From Plastoroseomonas hellenica (GTDB lineage Bacteria; Pseudomonadota; Alphaproteobacteria; Acetobacterales; Acetobacteraceae): DNA of 24,000 bases. Below are positions 1 through 8,098 of the stretch, in pieces. A model generated the notes under the pieces. That model did no database searches. It saw nothing but the letters and a program-made list of their open reading frames with translations, and had not been told where the DNA came from. The translations under genes and the position numbers were made by a program. Every line of letters starts with the position of its first letter. Position 1 is the first letter of the stretch. The stretch lies in NCBI RefSeq assembly GCF_018129085.1, contig NZ_JAAGBB010000018.1, positions 49,688 to 73,687 of the forward strand, written 5' to 3'.

Positions 1-1
1 C

Positions 2-481
2 CACCTGATCGTGGAGGCGTTCAAGCAGCGCCACGGGCTCGACATGCCGGCGGTGCCCTATCGCGGCACGGCGGCGGCGCAGATCGACGTCATCGCAGGG
101 CAGGTGCCGCTGATGGTCGACAGCCTCGGCGCCGGCTACGGCAATATCAGCGCCGGGCGGGTGAGGGCGCTCGCCCTGACCTCGCGCGGTCGCGCCGAGC
201 GGGTGCCCGACTTGCCGAGCGCGATCGAGCTTGGGCTGGAGGATCGGGAATACGTGGCCTGGTACGCCTATATGGCGCCCAAGGCGACGCCATCAGCCGT
301 GCTGGCGCGGCTCAACGCCGGCATCAACGAGGTCGCGATGGGCGCCGAGGTCGCGGAGCGCCTGCATGGCATGGGCTCAGCGCCCGCCGCGATGACGCCG
401 GAGGCGCAACTCGCCTTCATGCGCTCGGAACGCAGCCTCTGGGGCGGCATCGCGCGGGCCGCCAATGTCGAGGTGCAGTGA
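2..481 (+). CDS. Bug-family (TctC-like) tripartite tricarboxylate transporter substrate-binding protein; C-terminal fragment, 5' end lies outside the window
   Basis: The reading frame is open to the window edge (HLIVEAFKQRHG...), so the listed ATG at 11 is internal. The strings VPYRGTAAAQIDVIAGQVPLMVDS and EYVAWYAYMAPKATP are typical of the C-terminal lobe of Bug/TctC periplasmic binding proteins. Stop codon TGA at 479-481. Confidence 0.8.
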   Translation, partial: HLIVEAFKQRHGLDMPAVPYRGTAAAQIDVIAGQVPLMVDSLGAGYGNISAGRVRALALTSRGRAERVPDLPSAIELGLEDREYVAWYAYMAPKATPSAVLARLNAGINEVAMGAEVAERLHGMGSAPAAMTPEAQLAFMRSERSLWGGIARAANVEVQ

Positions 482-500
482 CCCGGAGCGCTAGCGTGAT

Positions 501-527
501 GACTTGAGGCCGGTTCGGCCGAAAGTC
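501..527 (+). terminator. Candidate stem-loop downstream of the Bug-family gene
   Basis: GACTT-ga-GGCCG-gtt-CGGCC-ga-AAGTC: two perfect 5-bp helices separated by a 2x2 internal loop, starting 20 nt after the stop codon. No U-tract follows, so an intrinsic-terminator function is uncertain. Confidence 0.3.
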
Positions 528-665
528 TGAATCACGCGATCAAACGAAGTCCTTGAGCATGGTGCGTGAGCGGAAGCGAACGCATCAGGCTGTAGCGCGC
601 CGCATTGACAGGGCGGGCGCTCTGCCGAAGGCTGCCGGTATAGAAGTATACAGGAGTGATTGGGC

Positions 666-2267
666 ATGCCGCTTCGCCATCGCCTCGGCTTGGCGCTCGC
701 CTGCTGGCTTGGCTGCGTGGCGCCACTGCCGGCCGCGGCCCAGACCTTGACCATGGGCGTCGAGGCGCCCTTCGGCCTCGATCCGCATTTCCTCTTCGCC
801 GGCCCCAACATGGCCGCCGCCCGCCACATCTACGACAGCCTGATCAACCGCGATGCCGAAAGTCGCTTCGTGCCCGGCATCGTCGAGAGCTGGCGGATGC
901 TCGATGACCGCACCTGGGAGCTGACGCTGCGGCGCGGCGTCACCTTCCACAATGGCAGCCCCTTCACCGCCGAGGACGTCGCCTTCACCCTGGCTCGCGT
1001 GCCCAACCTGCCGAACAATCCCGGCCCCTATACCTCCAACCTGCGCACCATCAGCCGGGTCGAGATCGTCGATTCCCACACGGTCCGCATCCTCACGGAC
1101 CGGACCAATCCGGTGCTGGTCGGGCAGCTCACCAATATCTTCGTCCTGTCGCGATCCGCGGCGGAGGGCGCGAGCACGGGCGATTTCGACAGCGGCCGCG
1201 CCGCCATCGGCACCGGTCCCTTCCGGCTGGTCCAGGCGCGCGGCACCGAAGGCATGGTGATCGCGCGGAACGAGACCTACTGGGGCGAAGGCGCGGCCTA
1301 CGAACGCGTGGAGCTGCGCGTCATCGGCAATGACGCCACGCGCCTCGCGGCGCTGCTCGCGGGCGATGTCGACCTGATCGAATCCGTGCCATCGGCCAAT
1401 GTCGAGCGGCTGGAGCGGGACCCGCGCATCGCGATCTTCCGGCGCAATTCCGACCGCATCATGTACCTGCTGCCGAATATCCGCGCCGGCCTGACCTTGC
1501 TGACCGATGCGACAGGCCAGCCGCTGCGCGATAATCCGCTGCGCGACCTGCGCGTCCGCCAGGCGCTGTCGCTCGCGATCGACCGGCAGGCGCTGGTGTC
1601 GCGCGCGCTGGACGGGCAGGGGGTCGCGACGGCGCAGATGGTGCCGGAGCAGTTCGGTGGTCACGATCCGGGCTATGCCGTGCCGCGCGCCGATCCCGCG
1701 CGGGCACGCGCCCTGCTGGCGGAGGCCGGCTATCCCAGCGGCTTCGGGATGACCATCGGCTGTTCCAACAACCGCTACACCAATGATGCGCGGGTCTGCC
1801 AGGCGGCAGGCCAGATGCTGTCGCGGGCGGGGCTGCAGATCAAGGTCGAGACCCAGCCCTGGAACGTCTTCTCCCCCCGCACCGTGGAGACGCGGAACGA
1901 CCTGCCGGTCATGCTGTACGGCTTGTCGCTCTCCTCCTCGCGTGACGCCAGCTACATCCTCTCGACTGCCGTGCACACGCGCAACGTCGCCGAGGCCTTC
2001 GGGCAGGGCAATCGCGGCCAGTTCAGCGATGCCCGGCTGGATGGGCTGATCGACGCCGTCATCATTCGCTCCGATGAAGGGCGCGAAGCGGCGCTGCGGC
2101 ATGCGATGCGGGAAGCGATGGATCAGATGCCGATCATCCCGCTCTACAACCAGGTCGTCATCGCCGCCGCGCGGCGCGGCATCACCTACACGCCGCGCAT
2201 GGATGAGCAGATGGTCGCCTATCAGGCGCGGCCGGATCGCGGCACCGCCCAGGGAGCAACACGATGA
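666..2267 (+). CDS. ABC transporter substrate-binding protein, family 5 (peptide/nickel/glutathione type, DppA/GsiB-like)
   Basis: 533 aa. N-terminal signal peptide (LGLALACWLGCVAPLPAAAQ). Family-5 strings include FVPGIVESWRMLDDRTWELTLRRGVTFHNGSPFTAEDV and NETYWGEGAAYERVELRVI. AGGAG at 652-656 lies 9 nt before the ATG at 666, which is better spaced than the TTG at 660 in the ORF track. Confidence 0.9.
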   Translation: MPLRHRLGLALACWLGCVAPLPAAAQTLTMGVEAPFGLDPHFLFAGPNMAAARHIYDSLINRDAESRFVPGIVESWRMLDDRTWELTLRRGVTFHNGSPFTAEDVAFTLARVPNLPNNPGPYTSNLRTISRVEIVDSHTVRILTDRTNPVLVGQLTNIFVLSRSAAEGASTGDFDSGRAAIGTGPFRLVQARGTEGMVIARNETYWGEGAAYERVELRVIGNDATRLAALLAGDVDLIESVPSANVERLERDPRIAIFRRNSDRIMYLLPNIRAGLTLLTDATGQPLRDNPLRDLRVRQALSLAIDRQALVSRALDGQGVATAQMVPEQFGGHDPGYAVPRADPARARALLAEAGYPSGFGMTIGCSNNRYTNDARVCQAAGQMLSRAGLQIKVETQPWNVFSPRTVETRNDLPVMLYGLSLSSSRDASYILSTAVHTRNVAEAFGQGNRGQFSDARLDGLIDAVIIRSDEGREAALRHAMREAMDQMPIIPLYNQVVIAAARRGITYTPRMDEQMVAYQARPDRGTAQGATR

Positions 2268-3967
2268 GCACCACACGCCCCGTCGTAGCGGGTCCGCGCC
2301 ATGCGATCAGCGCCGGCCATTACCTGGCCGCCGCCGCCGGCCTGACCATCCTGGAGAATGGCGGCAACGCCATCGATGCCGGGGTCGCGGCCGGGCTGGT
2401 GCTCGGCGTGGTGCAGCCCGACATCGTCAATGTCGGCGGCGTTGCGCCGATCATCATCCGCCGCGCCGATGGGCGGATCGAGAGCATCGCGGGGCTCGGC
2501 CATTGGCCGAAATCCATGCCGGCTGATTATTTCATGACCCATCACGGCGGCAAGATGCCCCGCGGGGTGCTGCGCACCGTGGTGCCGGCCGCACCCGATG
2601 CCTGGATCACCGCGCTGGAACGTCACGGCACCATGGGCTTCGCTGAGGTGGCGGGGTCGGCCATCCGCTTCGCCGAGGAAGGCTTCCCCGTCTATCCGAT
2701 GTTCGCGGAGAGCCTGACGCAGCACAACAAGGACTACCTGGACTGGCCGAGCAATGCCGCGGTCTTCCTGCGCGACGGCAAGCCGCCCAGGGTGGGCGAG
2801 CGCTTCCGCCAGACCGAGCTCGCCGCCATGCTGCGCTTCATGGCCGAGGAGGATCGTCGCGCTGCCGCGACGGGCGGGCGGCTCGCCGGCCTCGCCGCCG
2901 CGCACCATGCCTTTTACCGCGGCGACATCGCGCGGGTGATGGTCGATTTCATCCAGGCCGAGGGCGGGTTCCTCTCGCGCGATGATCTCTCCAGCTACCG
3001 CTCCCGCATCGAGCCGGTGGTGACGCGGGGCTGGCGCGGCCATGCGGTCTCCACCTGTGGGCCCTGGTGCCAGGGGCCGGCGCTGCTGGAGGCGCTGCTG
3101 CTGATGGAGCGGGCGGGCTTCGAAGGCATGGCGCACAACTCGGTCGACTACCTGCACGTGCTGACCGAAAGCCTGAAGGTCGCCATGGCGGACCGCGAAT
3201 ATCACTTCGCGGATCCCGCCTTCACCGATGTCCCGATCGACACCTTGCTGAGCGACGCCTATCTCGCGGCGCGGGTCGCCGGTTTCGATCCGGCGCGCGC
3301 CCATCCCGGCATGCCGGAGCCGCTGCTCGGCCAGGGCACGGTGCTGCCGCCGCCGAGCCGGCTCGACAAGCCGATCGCTGACCCCGACACCTCCTATGTC
3401 GGGGTGGTGGATGCGGAGGGGAATGCGTTTTCCGCCACACCGTCGGACGGCACCTTCAACGGGCCGATCATTCCCGGCCTCGGCATCATCGCCTCCGGCC
3501 GCGGCACGCAGTCGCGGCCCGATCCCGCGCATCCCTGCGGCGTCGGTCCCGGCAAGCGGCCGCGGCTGACGCCGAATCCGGCCATGGTGGTCACTCGCGA
3601 CGGGGCCGCGATGCCTTTGGGCACGCCGGGTGGCGACGTGCAGGTGCAGGCCATGCTGCAGGTCATGCTCAACCACCTGCATTTCGGCATGGATGTGCAG
3701 GCGGCGATCGAGGCGCCGCGCGTCTCGACCTATTCTTTCCCGTCCTCCTTCGCGCCCTATGAGTATTTCCCGGGCCGCCTCGCGGTGGAAAGCCGCATCC
3801 CCGCCGCCACGCGCGACGCGCTGCGGGCGCGCGGCCATGATGTGAAGGACTGGCCGGACTGGACCTGGCTGGCCGGCAGTGTCGAACTCGTCACCAGCGA
3901 TCCCGAGAGCGGCATGCGCATGGCGGGCGCCGATCCGCGCCGGCCGGCCTACGCCATGGCGATGTGA
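2264..3967 (+). CDS. Gamma-glutamyltransferase family protein (Ntn hydrolase), apparently cytoplasmic
   Basis: 567 aa. N-terminus HAISAGHYLAAAAGLTILENGGNAIDAGVAAG. Autoprocessing/nucleophile region PDTSYVGVVDAEGNAFSATPSDG. C-terminal GTPGGDVQVQAMLQVMLNHLHFGMDVQAAIEAPR. No signal peptide is visible. The ATGA overlap with the upstream binding-protein stop (2264-2267) and AGGGAG at 2251-2256 indicate translational coupling. Confidence 0.9.
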   Translation: MSTTRPVVAGPRHAISAGHYLAAAAGLTILENGGNAIDAGVAAGLVLGVVQPDIVNVGGVAPIIIRRADGRIESIAGLGHWPKSMPADYFMTHHGGKMPRGVLRTVVPAAPDAWITALERHGTMGFAEVAGSAIRFAEEGFPVYPMFAESLTQHNKDYLDWPSNAAVFLRDGKPPRVGERFRQTELAAMLRFMAEEDRRAAATGGRLAGLAAAHHAFYRGDIARVMVDFIQAEGGFLSRDDLSSYRSRIEPVVTRGWRGHAVSTCGPWCQGPALLEALLLMERAGFEGMAHNSVDYLHVLTESLKVAMADREYHFADPAFTDVPIDTLLSDAYLAARVAGFDPARAHPGMPEPLLGQGTVLPPPSRLDKPIADPDTSYVGVVDAEGNAFSATPSDGTFNGPIIPGLGIIASGRGTQSRPDPAHPCGVGPGKRPRLTPNPAMVVTRDGAAMPLGTPGGDVQVQAMLQVMLNHLHFGMDVQAAIEAPRVSTYSFPSSFAPYEYFPGRLAVESRIPAATRDALRARGHDVKDWPDWTWLAGSVELVTSDPESGMRMAGADPRRPAYAMAM

Positions 3968-4041
3968 CGCGGCGGCCTGGCGCCGCATCGCGTGTCTTGC
4001 ATCGTCGCCGGCCATGGCCTCCCCTGGTTGCGGAGGAGGGT

Positions 4042-4860
4042 ATGGCCACGACCGAGACGATTCGGCTGTCGGGTGAGCGGGAGACGCTGCTCGTCACCCT
4101 CTATGCCAAGGCCCTCGAAAGCCGCTCACCGGCCTCGATCCTGAAGGACAGCGTCGCCGACGCGATCGTGCGCCGGCTCGATTATGATTTCGCGCGGCTC
4201 GGGCTCGGCGCCAGGGATGCGACCGGCCTGGCGATCCGGGCCAAGTTCCTGGACGACCTGGTGCGCCGCTTCATCGCCGCGCACCCGGATGGGATCGTGC
4301 TCAATCTCGGCTGCGGGCTGGACAGCCGCATCGCCCGGGTCGATCCGCCGGCCGGCACCCGCTGGTTCGACCTGGACTATCCCGACGTGATCGACATCCG
4401 GCGCCGCTTCTATCCGGCGCGCGACGGCTATTCGATGATCGGATCCTCGGTCACCGAAGTCGGATGGCTGGAGGCGGTGCCCGACGACGGCCGGGCAATC
4501 ATCATCGCGGAAGGCCTGCTCGCCTATCTCGGGAGCGACGATGTCCCGCGGCTGCTCGATCGCCTGACCGCGCATTTCCCCGGCGGCGAACTGGCTTTCG
4601 ATGGCTACAGCAGCCTTGGCGTCGCGCTGCTGCCGCTGCATCCGGCGATCCGCGCCACCGGCGCCACGCTGCACTGGGCCATCGACGATCCCCGCGATCT
4701 GGAACGGCAGGTGCCGCGCCTGACCTTCGTCGCGGAGATCGCCGGGTCCGATTTCGAAGACCTCGCCCGTGCACCATGGCCGATGCAGATGCTGGCACGC
4801 ACCTTCGGCGCCATCCCCTTCCTGCGCCGGATGGGCCGCATGCTGCGCTACCGCTTCTAG
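4042..4860 (+). CDS. Class I SAM-dependent methyltransferase, leucine-carboxyl / TcmP-like O-methyltransferase family
   Basis: 272 aa from the ATG at 4042, which is preceded by GGAGGAGGG at 4032-4040. SAM-binding motif VLNLGCGLDSR, then WFDLDYPDVI and IIIAEGLLAYL, as in LCMT/TcmP-type methyltransferases. The ORF-track start at 3964 adds an Arg/Pro-rich extension with no RBS. Confidence 0.8.
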   Translation: MATTETIRLSGERETLLVTLYAKALESRSPASILKDSVADAIVRRLDYDFARLGLGARDATGLAIRAKFLDDLVRRFIAAHPDGIVLNLGCGLDSRIARVDPPAGTRWFDLDYPDVIDIRRRFYPARDGYSMIGSSVTEVGWLEAVPDDGRAIIIAEGLLAYLGSDDVPRLLDRLTAHFPGGELAFDGYSSLGVALLPLHPAIRATGATLHWAIDDPRDLERQVPRLTFVAEIAGSDFEDLARAPWPMQMLARTFGAIPFLRRMGRMLRYRF

Positions 4861-4881
4861 ACCGGATCCCGGGCCCCCTCA

Positions 4882-4916
4882 GACGCCGGGCGCAAACCTC
4901 CGGTTTGCTTGGCGTC
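4882..4916 (+). terminator. Candidate terminator hairpin after the methyltransferase gene
   Basis: GACGCC-gggc-GCAAACC-tcc-GGTTTGC-tt-GGCGTC: a perfect 7-bp inner stem plus a 6-bp outer stem, 22 nt after the stop codon. No clear U-tract. Confidence 0.35.
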
Positions 4917-4957
4917 GTGCGAAGAGCACGCCTCCGGCGTGACGCAGCACGTGCGGC

Positions 4958-4998
4958 GGGCCGCATTCGCGGCCCCGGACGGTCAAGAGACCGGTCCG
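4958..4998 (-). terminator. Two adjacent GC-rich hairpins immediately downstream of the minus-strand ABC exporter gene
   Basis: 4958-4975 is GGGCCGC-attc-GCGGCCC, a perfect 7-bp stem. 4976-4998 is CGGACGGTC-aaga-GACCGGTCCG, 9 bp with a one-nt bulge. The second hairpin ends 7 nt from the exporter stop codon (TAA, 5005-5007 on the minus strand). Confidence 0.35.
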
Positions 4999-5004
4999 TT
5001 GGTA

Positions 5005-6825
5005 TTAGTCCGCGGCGGCGCTGATCCGTTCCAGCGCCTGCTGCTCCAGCAGGACGCGATAGGGGCCGGGGCGCCGCGCCAACTGACCGGGCGTCCCATC
5101 ATCCACCATGCGGCCGCTCTCCATCACGACGATCCGATCGAAGTTGCGCAGCGTCGCCAGGCGGTGCGCCACCGCGATGACGGTGCGCCCCTGCATCAGC
5201 CGGTCGAGCGCGCGCTGCACCTCGGCCTCGGACTCGCTGTCGAGCGCGCTGGTCGCTTCGTCGAGCAGCAGGATCGGCGCATCCTTCAGAAGCGCGCGCG
5301 CGATCGCGATGCGTTGGCGCTGCCCGCCGGAGAGCTTCGTGCCGCGATCTCCGACGACGGTGTGGAAGCCTTGCGGCAAAGCCTCGATGAAGTCGCGGCA
5401 GCGGGCGGCCTCGGCGACGGCGAGGATCTCCGCATCGCTCGCATCGGGCCTGCCGTAACGGATATTCGCCAGCACGGAGCGGTGCAGCAGCGGCACGTCC
5501 TGCGGCACTACTGCGATGCTGTGTGCCAGGCTTTCCTGGAGCGTCCGGGCGATGTCCTGTCCGTCGACCAGGATCCGGCCTTCCTGTGGCATCGCGGTAC
5601 GCTGCAGCAGCGCGAGCACGGTGGACTTGCCGGCGCCGGAGCGTCCGACCAGGCCGACGCGCTGGCCCGCGGGAATCAGCAGGTCGAGCCCGCGCAGCAC
5701 CGGGGCGCCGCCGGGATAGGCGAAGTGGACGTCGCGGAACTCCACCGCGCCACCGCGCGGGCGGAGCGGGGCGGCGCCGGGGGCATCAGGCAGCTCATGC
5801 GGCACCAGCAGGGTCGCGACCGCTTCCGAAAGCCGCGCCATGTGCTGGGTCAGCTCCACCAGCGCGACGGCCAGATCGCGGCTGGCATGCAGGATGGTGA
5901 AGCCGAGCGAGCAGACCAGCACGATGTCACCGGTCGTCGCCTGTCCGCGCTCCCACATCCCCATGACCCAGGCGAGCAGCGCCGTCGTCAGCACAGCGGT
6001 CACGGCCGCGTGCAACAGCCGCAGGCCTTCGAGGTAACGCAGGCTGCGCGTGCGATGCGCCACCTCGTCGCCCACCACGCGCCCGAACCGGCGACGCTCG
6101 CGGCCGATGCCGCCGAAGGCGCGCACCAGGCCGATATTCTGCACGACATCCACTAGCTCACCATCCACCGCCGCCGCCTTTGCCGCGTAGGACACATGCA
6201 GCGGCTGCCCCCGCGCGGCGAGGCGCGCGATCACAAAGCTGAGCGTCGCTGCGGCAGCGACGAGGGCTGCACCCATGAGAGGGTTCACCGTTGCCAGGAG
6301 CGTGATGGCGAAGCTCACCGCGACGGCCGGCGGCAGCGCGTGCCAGGTGAAGTTGTAGAGCATGGTGTAGGCTGCGTTCGCGGTGGCGGTTACCCGGCTG
6401 GCGAGGACGCCGGCGGAACGACCGGCGAAGAAGGCCGGTGCGTGACCGCCGAGATGATGGAACAGATCGGCGCGCATGGCCGCCGTGACCGCCGGAAAGG
6501 TGGCGGCCGAGATCCAGCCGCCGATGCGCCACAGCATGTTGTCCGCTGCCAGCACCGCGGCAAGCACGGCGAAGGCCATCCAGGCGGCGGCGCCCGGCCC
6601 GCCCGCCAGCGTATCGACCAGCATCTTCACGGCATAGTGTGTGCCGACCGAACAGGCGACGGCGGCAATGACGGAGCCGAGCACGACACCGTGCGCCAGG
6701 CCACGGCTGCGCACATAGCGCAGCAGGAAGCCGAGCGGGCGCGTTCGATAGCGCAGCAGCGCCTCGGTTCCCGCATTTTCCTGCCGGCGTTGTTCCTCTT
6801 GGTTCCAGATGGCCGTAGCGCTCAT
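5005..6825 (-). CDS. ABC transporter ATP-binding protein/permease (fused TMD-NBD exporter, MsbA-like architecture)
   Basis: About 606 aa from the ATG at 6825 (MSATAIWNQ...), preceded by GAGAGG. The N-terminal half is hydrophobic with multiple TM helices. The C-terminal NBD has Walker A GRSGAGKST, signature LSGGQRQRIAIARALL, Walker B ILLLDEATSALD and an H-loop VIAVAHRL. The ORF-track start at 6972 adds 49 aa with no support. Confidence 0.9.
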   Translation of the reverse strand: MSATAIWNQEEQRRQENAGTEALLRYRTRPLGFLLRYVRSRGLAHGVVLGSVIAAVACSVGTHYAVKMLVDTLAGGPGAAAWMAFAVLAAVLAADNMLWRIGGWISAATFPAVTAAMRADLFHHLGGHAPAFFAGRSAGVLASRVTATANAAYTMLYNFTWHALPPAVAVSFAITLLATVNPLMGAALVAAAATLSFVIARLAARGQPLHVSYAAKAAAVDGELVDVVQNIGLVRAFGGIGRERRRFGRVVGDEVAHRTRSLRYLEGLRLLHAAVTAVLTTALLAWVMGMWERGQATTGDIVLVCSLGFTILHASRDLAVALVELTQHMARLSEAVATLLVPHELPDAPGAAPLRPRGGAVEFRDVHFAYPGGAPVLRGLDLLIPAGQRVGLVGRSGAGKSTVLALLQRTAMPQEGRILVDGQDIARTLQESLAHSIAVVPQDVPLLHRSVLANIRYGRPDASDAEILAVAEAARCRDFIEALPQGFHTVVGDRGTKLSGGQRQRIAIARALLKDAPILLLDEATSALDSESEAEVQRALDRLMQGRTVIAVAHRLATLRNFDRIVVMESGRMVDDGTPGQLARRPGPYRVLLEQQALERISAAAD

Positions 6826-7008
6826 CGGCACCTCTCTTCGCTTTTCGTCACCGCCCACATACGCGTGAGCACGCAGCGCGTTGCTGTGCAGATGCGAGAA
6901 ACGCCTTCTTGTCGTCAGAATCATGGCGTTCCTAAAGATCTCCGACCACTCCGCGAGAAAGGTCCGGCACACGGCGGGACCTTGATCCGTTCAGGAGAAT
7001 ATTGGCCG

Positions 7009-8070
7009 ATGAAGATCGCGCAGATTGCGCCGCTGACCGAGGCGGTACCTCCGAAGGGCTATGGCGGGACCGAAAGGATCGTCTCCTTTCTCACCGAAGA
7101 GCTCGTTGGGCTGGGCCATGATGTCACGCTGTTCGCCAGCGGTGATTCCGTGACCTCGGCCCGCCTCGCCCCGATGTGCCCGCAGGCGCTTCGCCTCGCG
7201 CCGGACGTGCGCGATGCCCTGGCGCCGCACTTCATGATGATGGAGACGGTGTTCCGGCGTGCGCATGAGTTCGACGTGCTGCACTTCCATCTGGATTACT
7301 GGCCCTTCTCGCTGTTCAGCCGGCAGGCGACGCCGTTCCTGACGACGCTGCACGGAAGGCTGGACCTGCCGGAGCTGTGGCCGCTCTACGAAACTCACGC
7401 GAATGTGCCACTGATCTCGATCTCCGACGCGCAGCGCGCGCCGATGCCCAACGCCAATTGGGCCCGGACGATTCATCACGGGCTGCCCGGGAATCTGCTG
7501 ACGCCGATCGAGGGCGTGCAGCCTTCCTATCTCGGCTTCATCGGGCGGATCTGCCCGGAGAAGCGCGTCGATCGTGCCATCGAGATCGCGGAGCGCTGTG
7601 GCCTGCCGCTGAAGATCGCGGCCAAGATCGATCGCGTGGACCGCGACTATTACGAGCAGCAGATCCGCCCGCTTTTGGCGCGCTCGCCGCACGCGGAGTT
7701 CATCGGCGAGATCTCGGACAGCGAGAAGGCGACCTTCCTGGCCGGCGCGCAGGCGCTGCTGTTCCCGATCGATTGGCCGGAGCCCTTCGGCCTCGTCATG
7801 ATCGAAGCCATGGCCTGCGGCGTGCCGGTCATCGCCTTCGGCCATGGTTCGGTGCCGGAGGTGATCGAGGACGGCCGGACCGGCTTCATCGTCGATGATG
7901 TCGGCGGCGCGGTGCATGCCGTCGATCGTGCATTGCACCTGTCACGGGACGATGTGCGCCGCCGCTTCGAGGAGCGTTTCACGGCCCGCCGCATGGCGGA
8001 GGATCACGTGGCGCTTTACACGCAGCTCGTGCACGGCAGGCGCATCCGGATCCCGGCCGCGGCGGAGTGA
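7009..8070 (+). CDS. Glycosyltransferase family 4 (GT-B fold, Glycos_transf_1 type)
   Basis: 353 aa from the ATG at 7009, with AGGAGA at 6993-6998. N-terminus MKIAQIAPLTEAVPPKGYGGTERIVSFLTEELVGLGHDVTLFASGDS. C-terminal retaining-GT motif EPFGLVMIEAMACGVPVIAFGHGSVPEVIEDGRTGFIV. The upstream part of the 624-aa ORF (6196-7008) is antisense to the exporter gene and is not coding. Confidence 0.9.
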   Translation: MKIAQIAPLTEAVPPKGYGGTERIVSFLTEELVGLGHDVTLFASGDSVTSARLAPMCPQALRLAPDVRDALAPHFMMMETVFRRAHEFDVLHFHLDYWPFSLFSRQATPFLTTLHGRLDLPELWPLYETHANVPLISISDAQRAPMPNANWARTIHHGLPGNLLTPIEGVQPSYLGFIGRICPEKRVDRAIEIAERCGLPLKIAAKIDRVDRDYYEQQIRPLLARSPHAEFIGEISDSEKATFLAGAQALLFPIDWPEPFGLVMIEAMACGVPVIAFGHGSVPEVIEDGRTGFIVDDVGGAVHAVDRALHLSRDDVRRRFEERFTARRMAEDHVALYTQLVHGRRIRIPAAAE

Positions 8071-8098
8071 CGGCCGGGACAAGCCCCGGAACTTCGCT

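Noticed and set aside
605-644. Perfect TTGACA (605-610) upstream of the family-5 binding-protein gene, with TATAGA at 639-644
   Set aside because: The spacing between the hexamers is 28 nt, far from the 16-18 nt needed for a sigma-70-type promoter. No alternative -10 element lies at the correct distance, so I do not call a promoter.
585-4015. Long minus-strand ORFs (585-2276, 563 aa; 2222-4015, 597 aa) antisense to the binding-protein and GGT genes
   Set aside because: They exactly shadow plus-strand genes that carry clear family motifs. Their translations are Arg/Ala/Gly/Pro/His-rich and low-complexity, with no recognisable domain. Such stop-free antisense frames are expected in very GC-rich DNA.
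4909-6156. 415-aa plus-strand ORF antisense to the ABC exporter NBD; also the 6196-7008 portion of the 624-aa ORF
   Set aside because: The opposite strand encodes the Walker A, signature and Walker B motifs and TM helices. These ORFs have no motifs and no RBS, and the true GT4 start (7009) has its own SD. They are GC-driven shadow ORFs.
5005-6825. Assigning the ABC exporter a specific role (MsbA lipid A flippase or NdvA/ChvA cyclic-glucan exporter)
   Set aside because: Only the generic TMD-NBD exporter architecture and the NBD motifs are visible. Nothing in the sequence that I can read discriminates between these subfamilies without a search.
8074-8089. CCGGG-acaagc-CCCGG hairpin in the 28-nt gap between the convergent GT4 and kinase genes
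   Set aside because: The stem is only 5 bp, has a 6-nt loop and lacks a U-tract. It is too weak to call a terminator.
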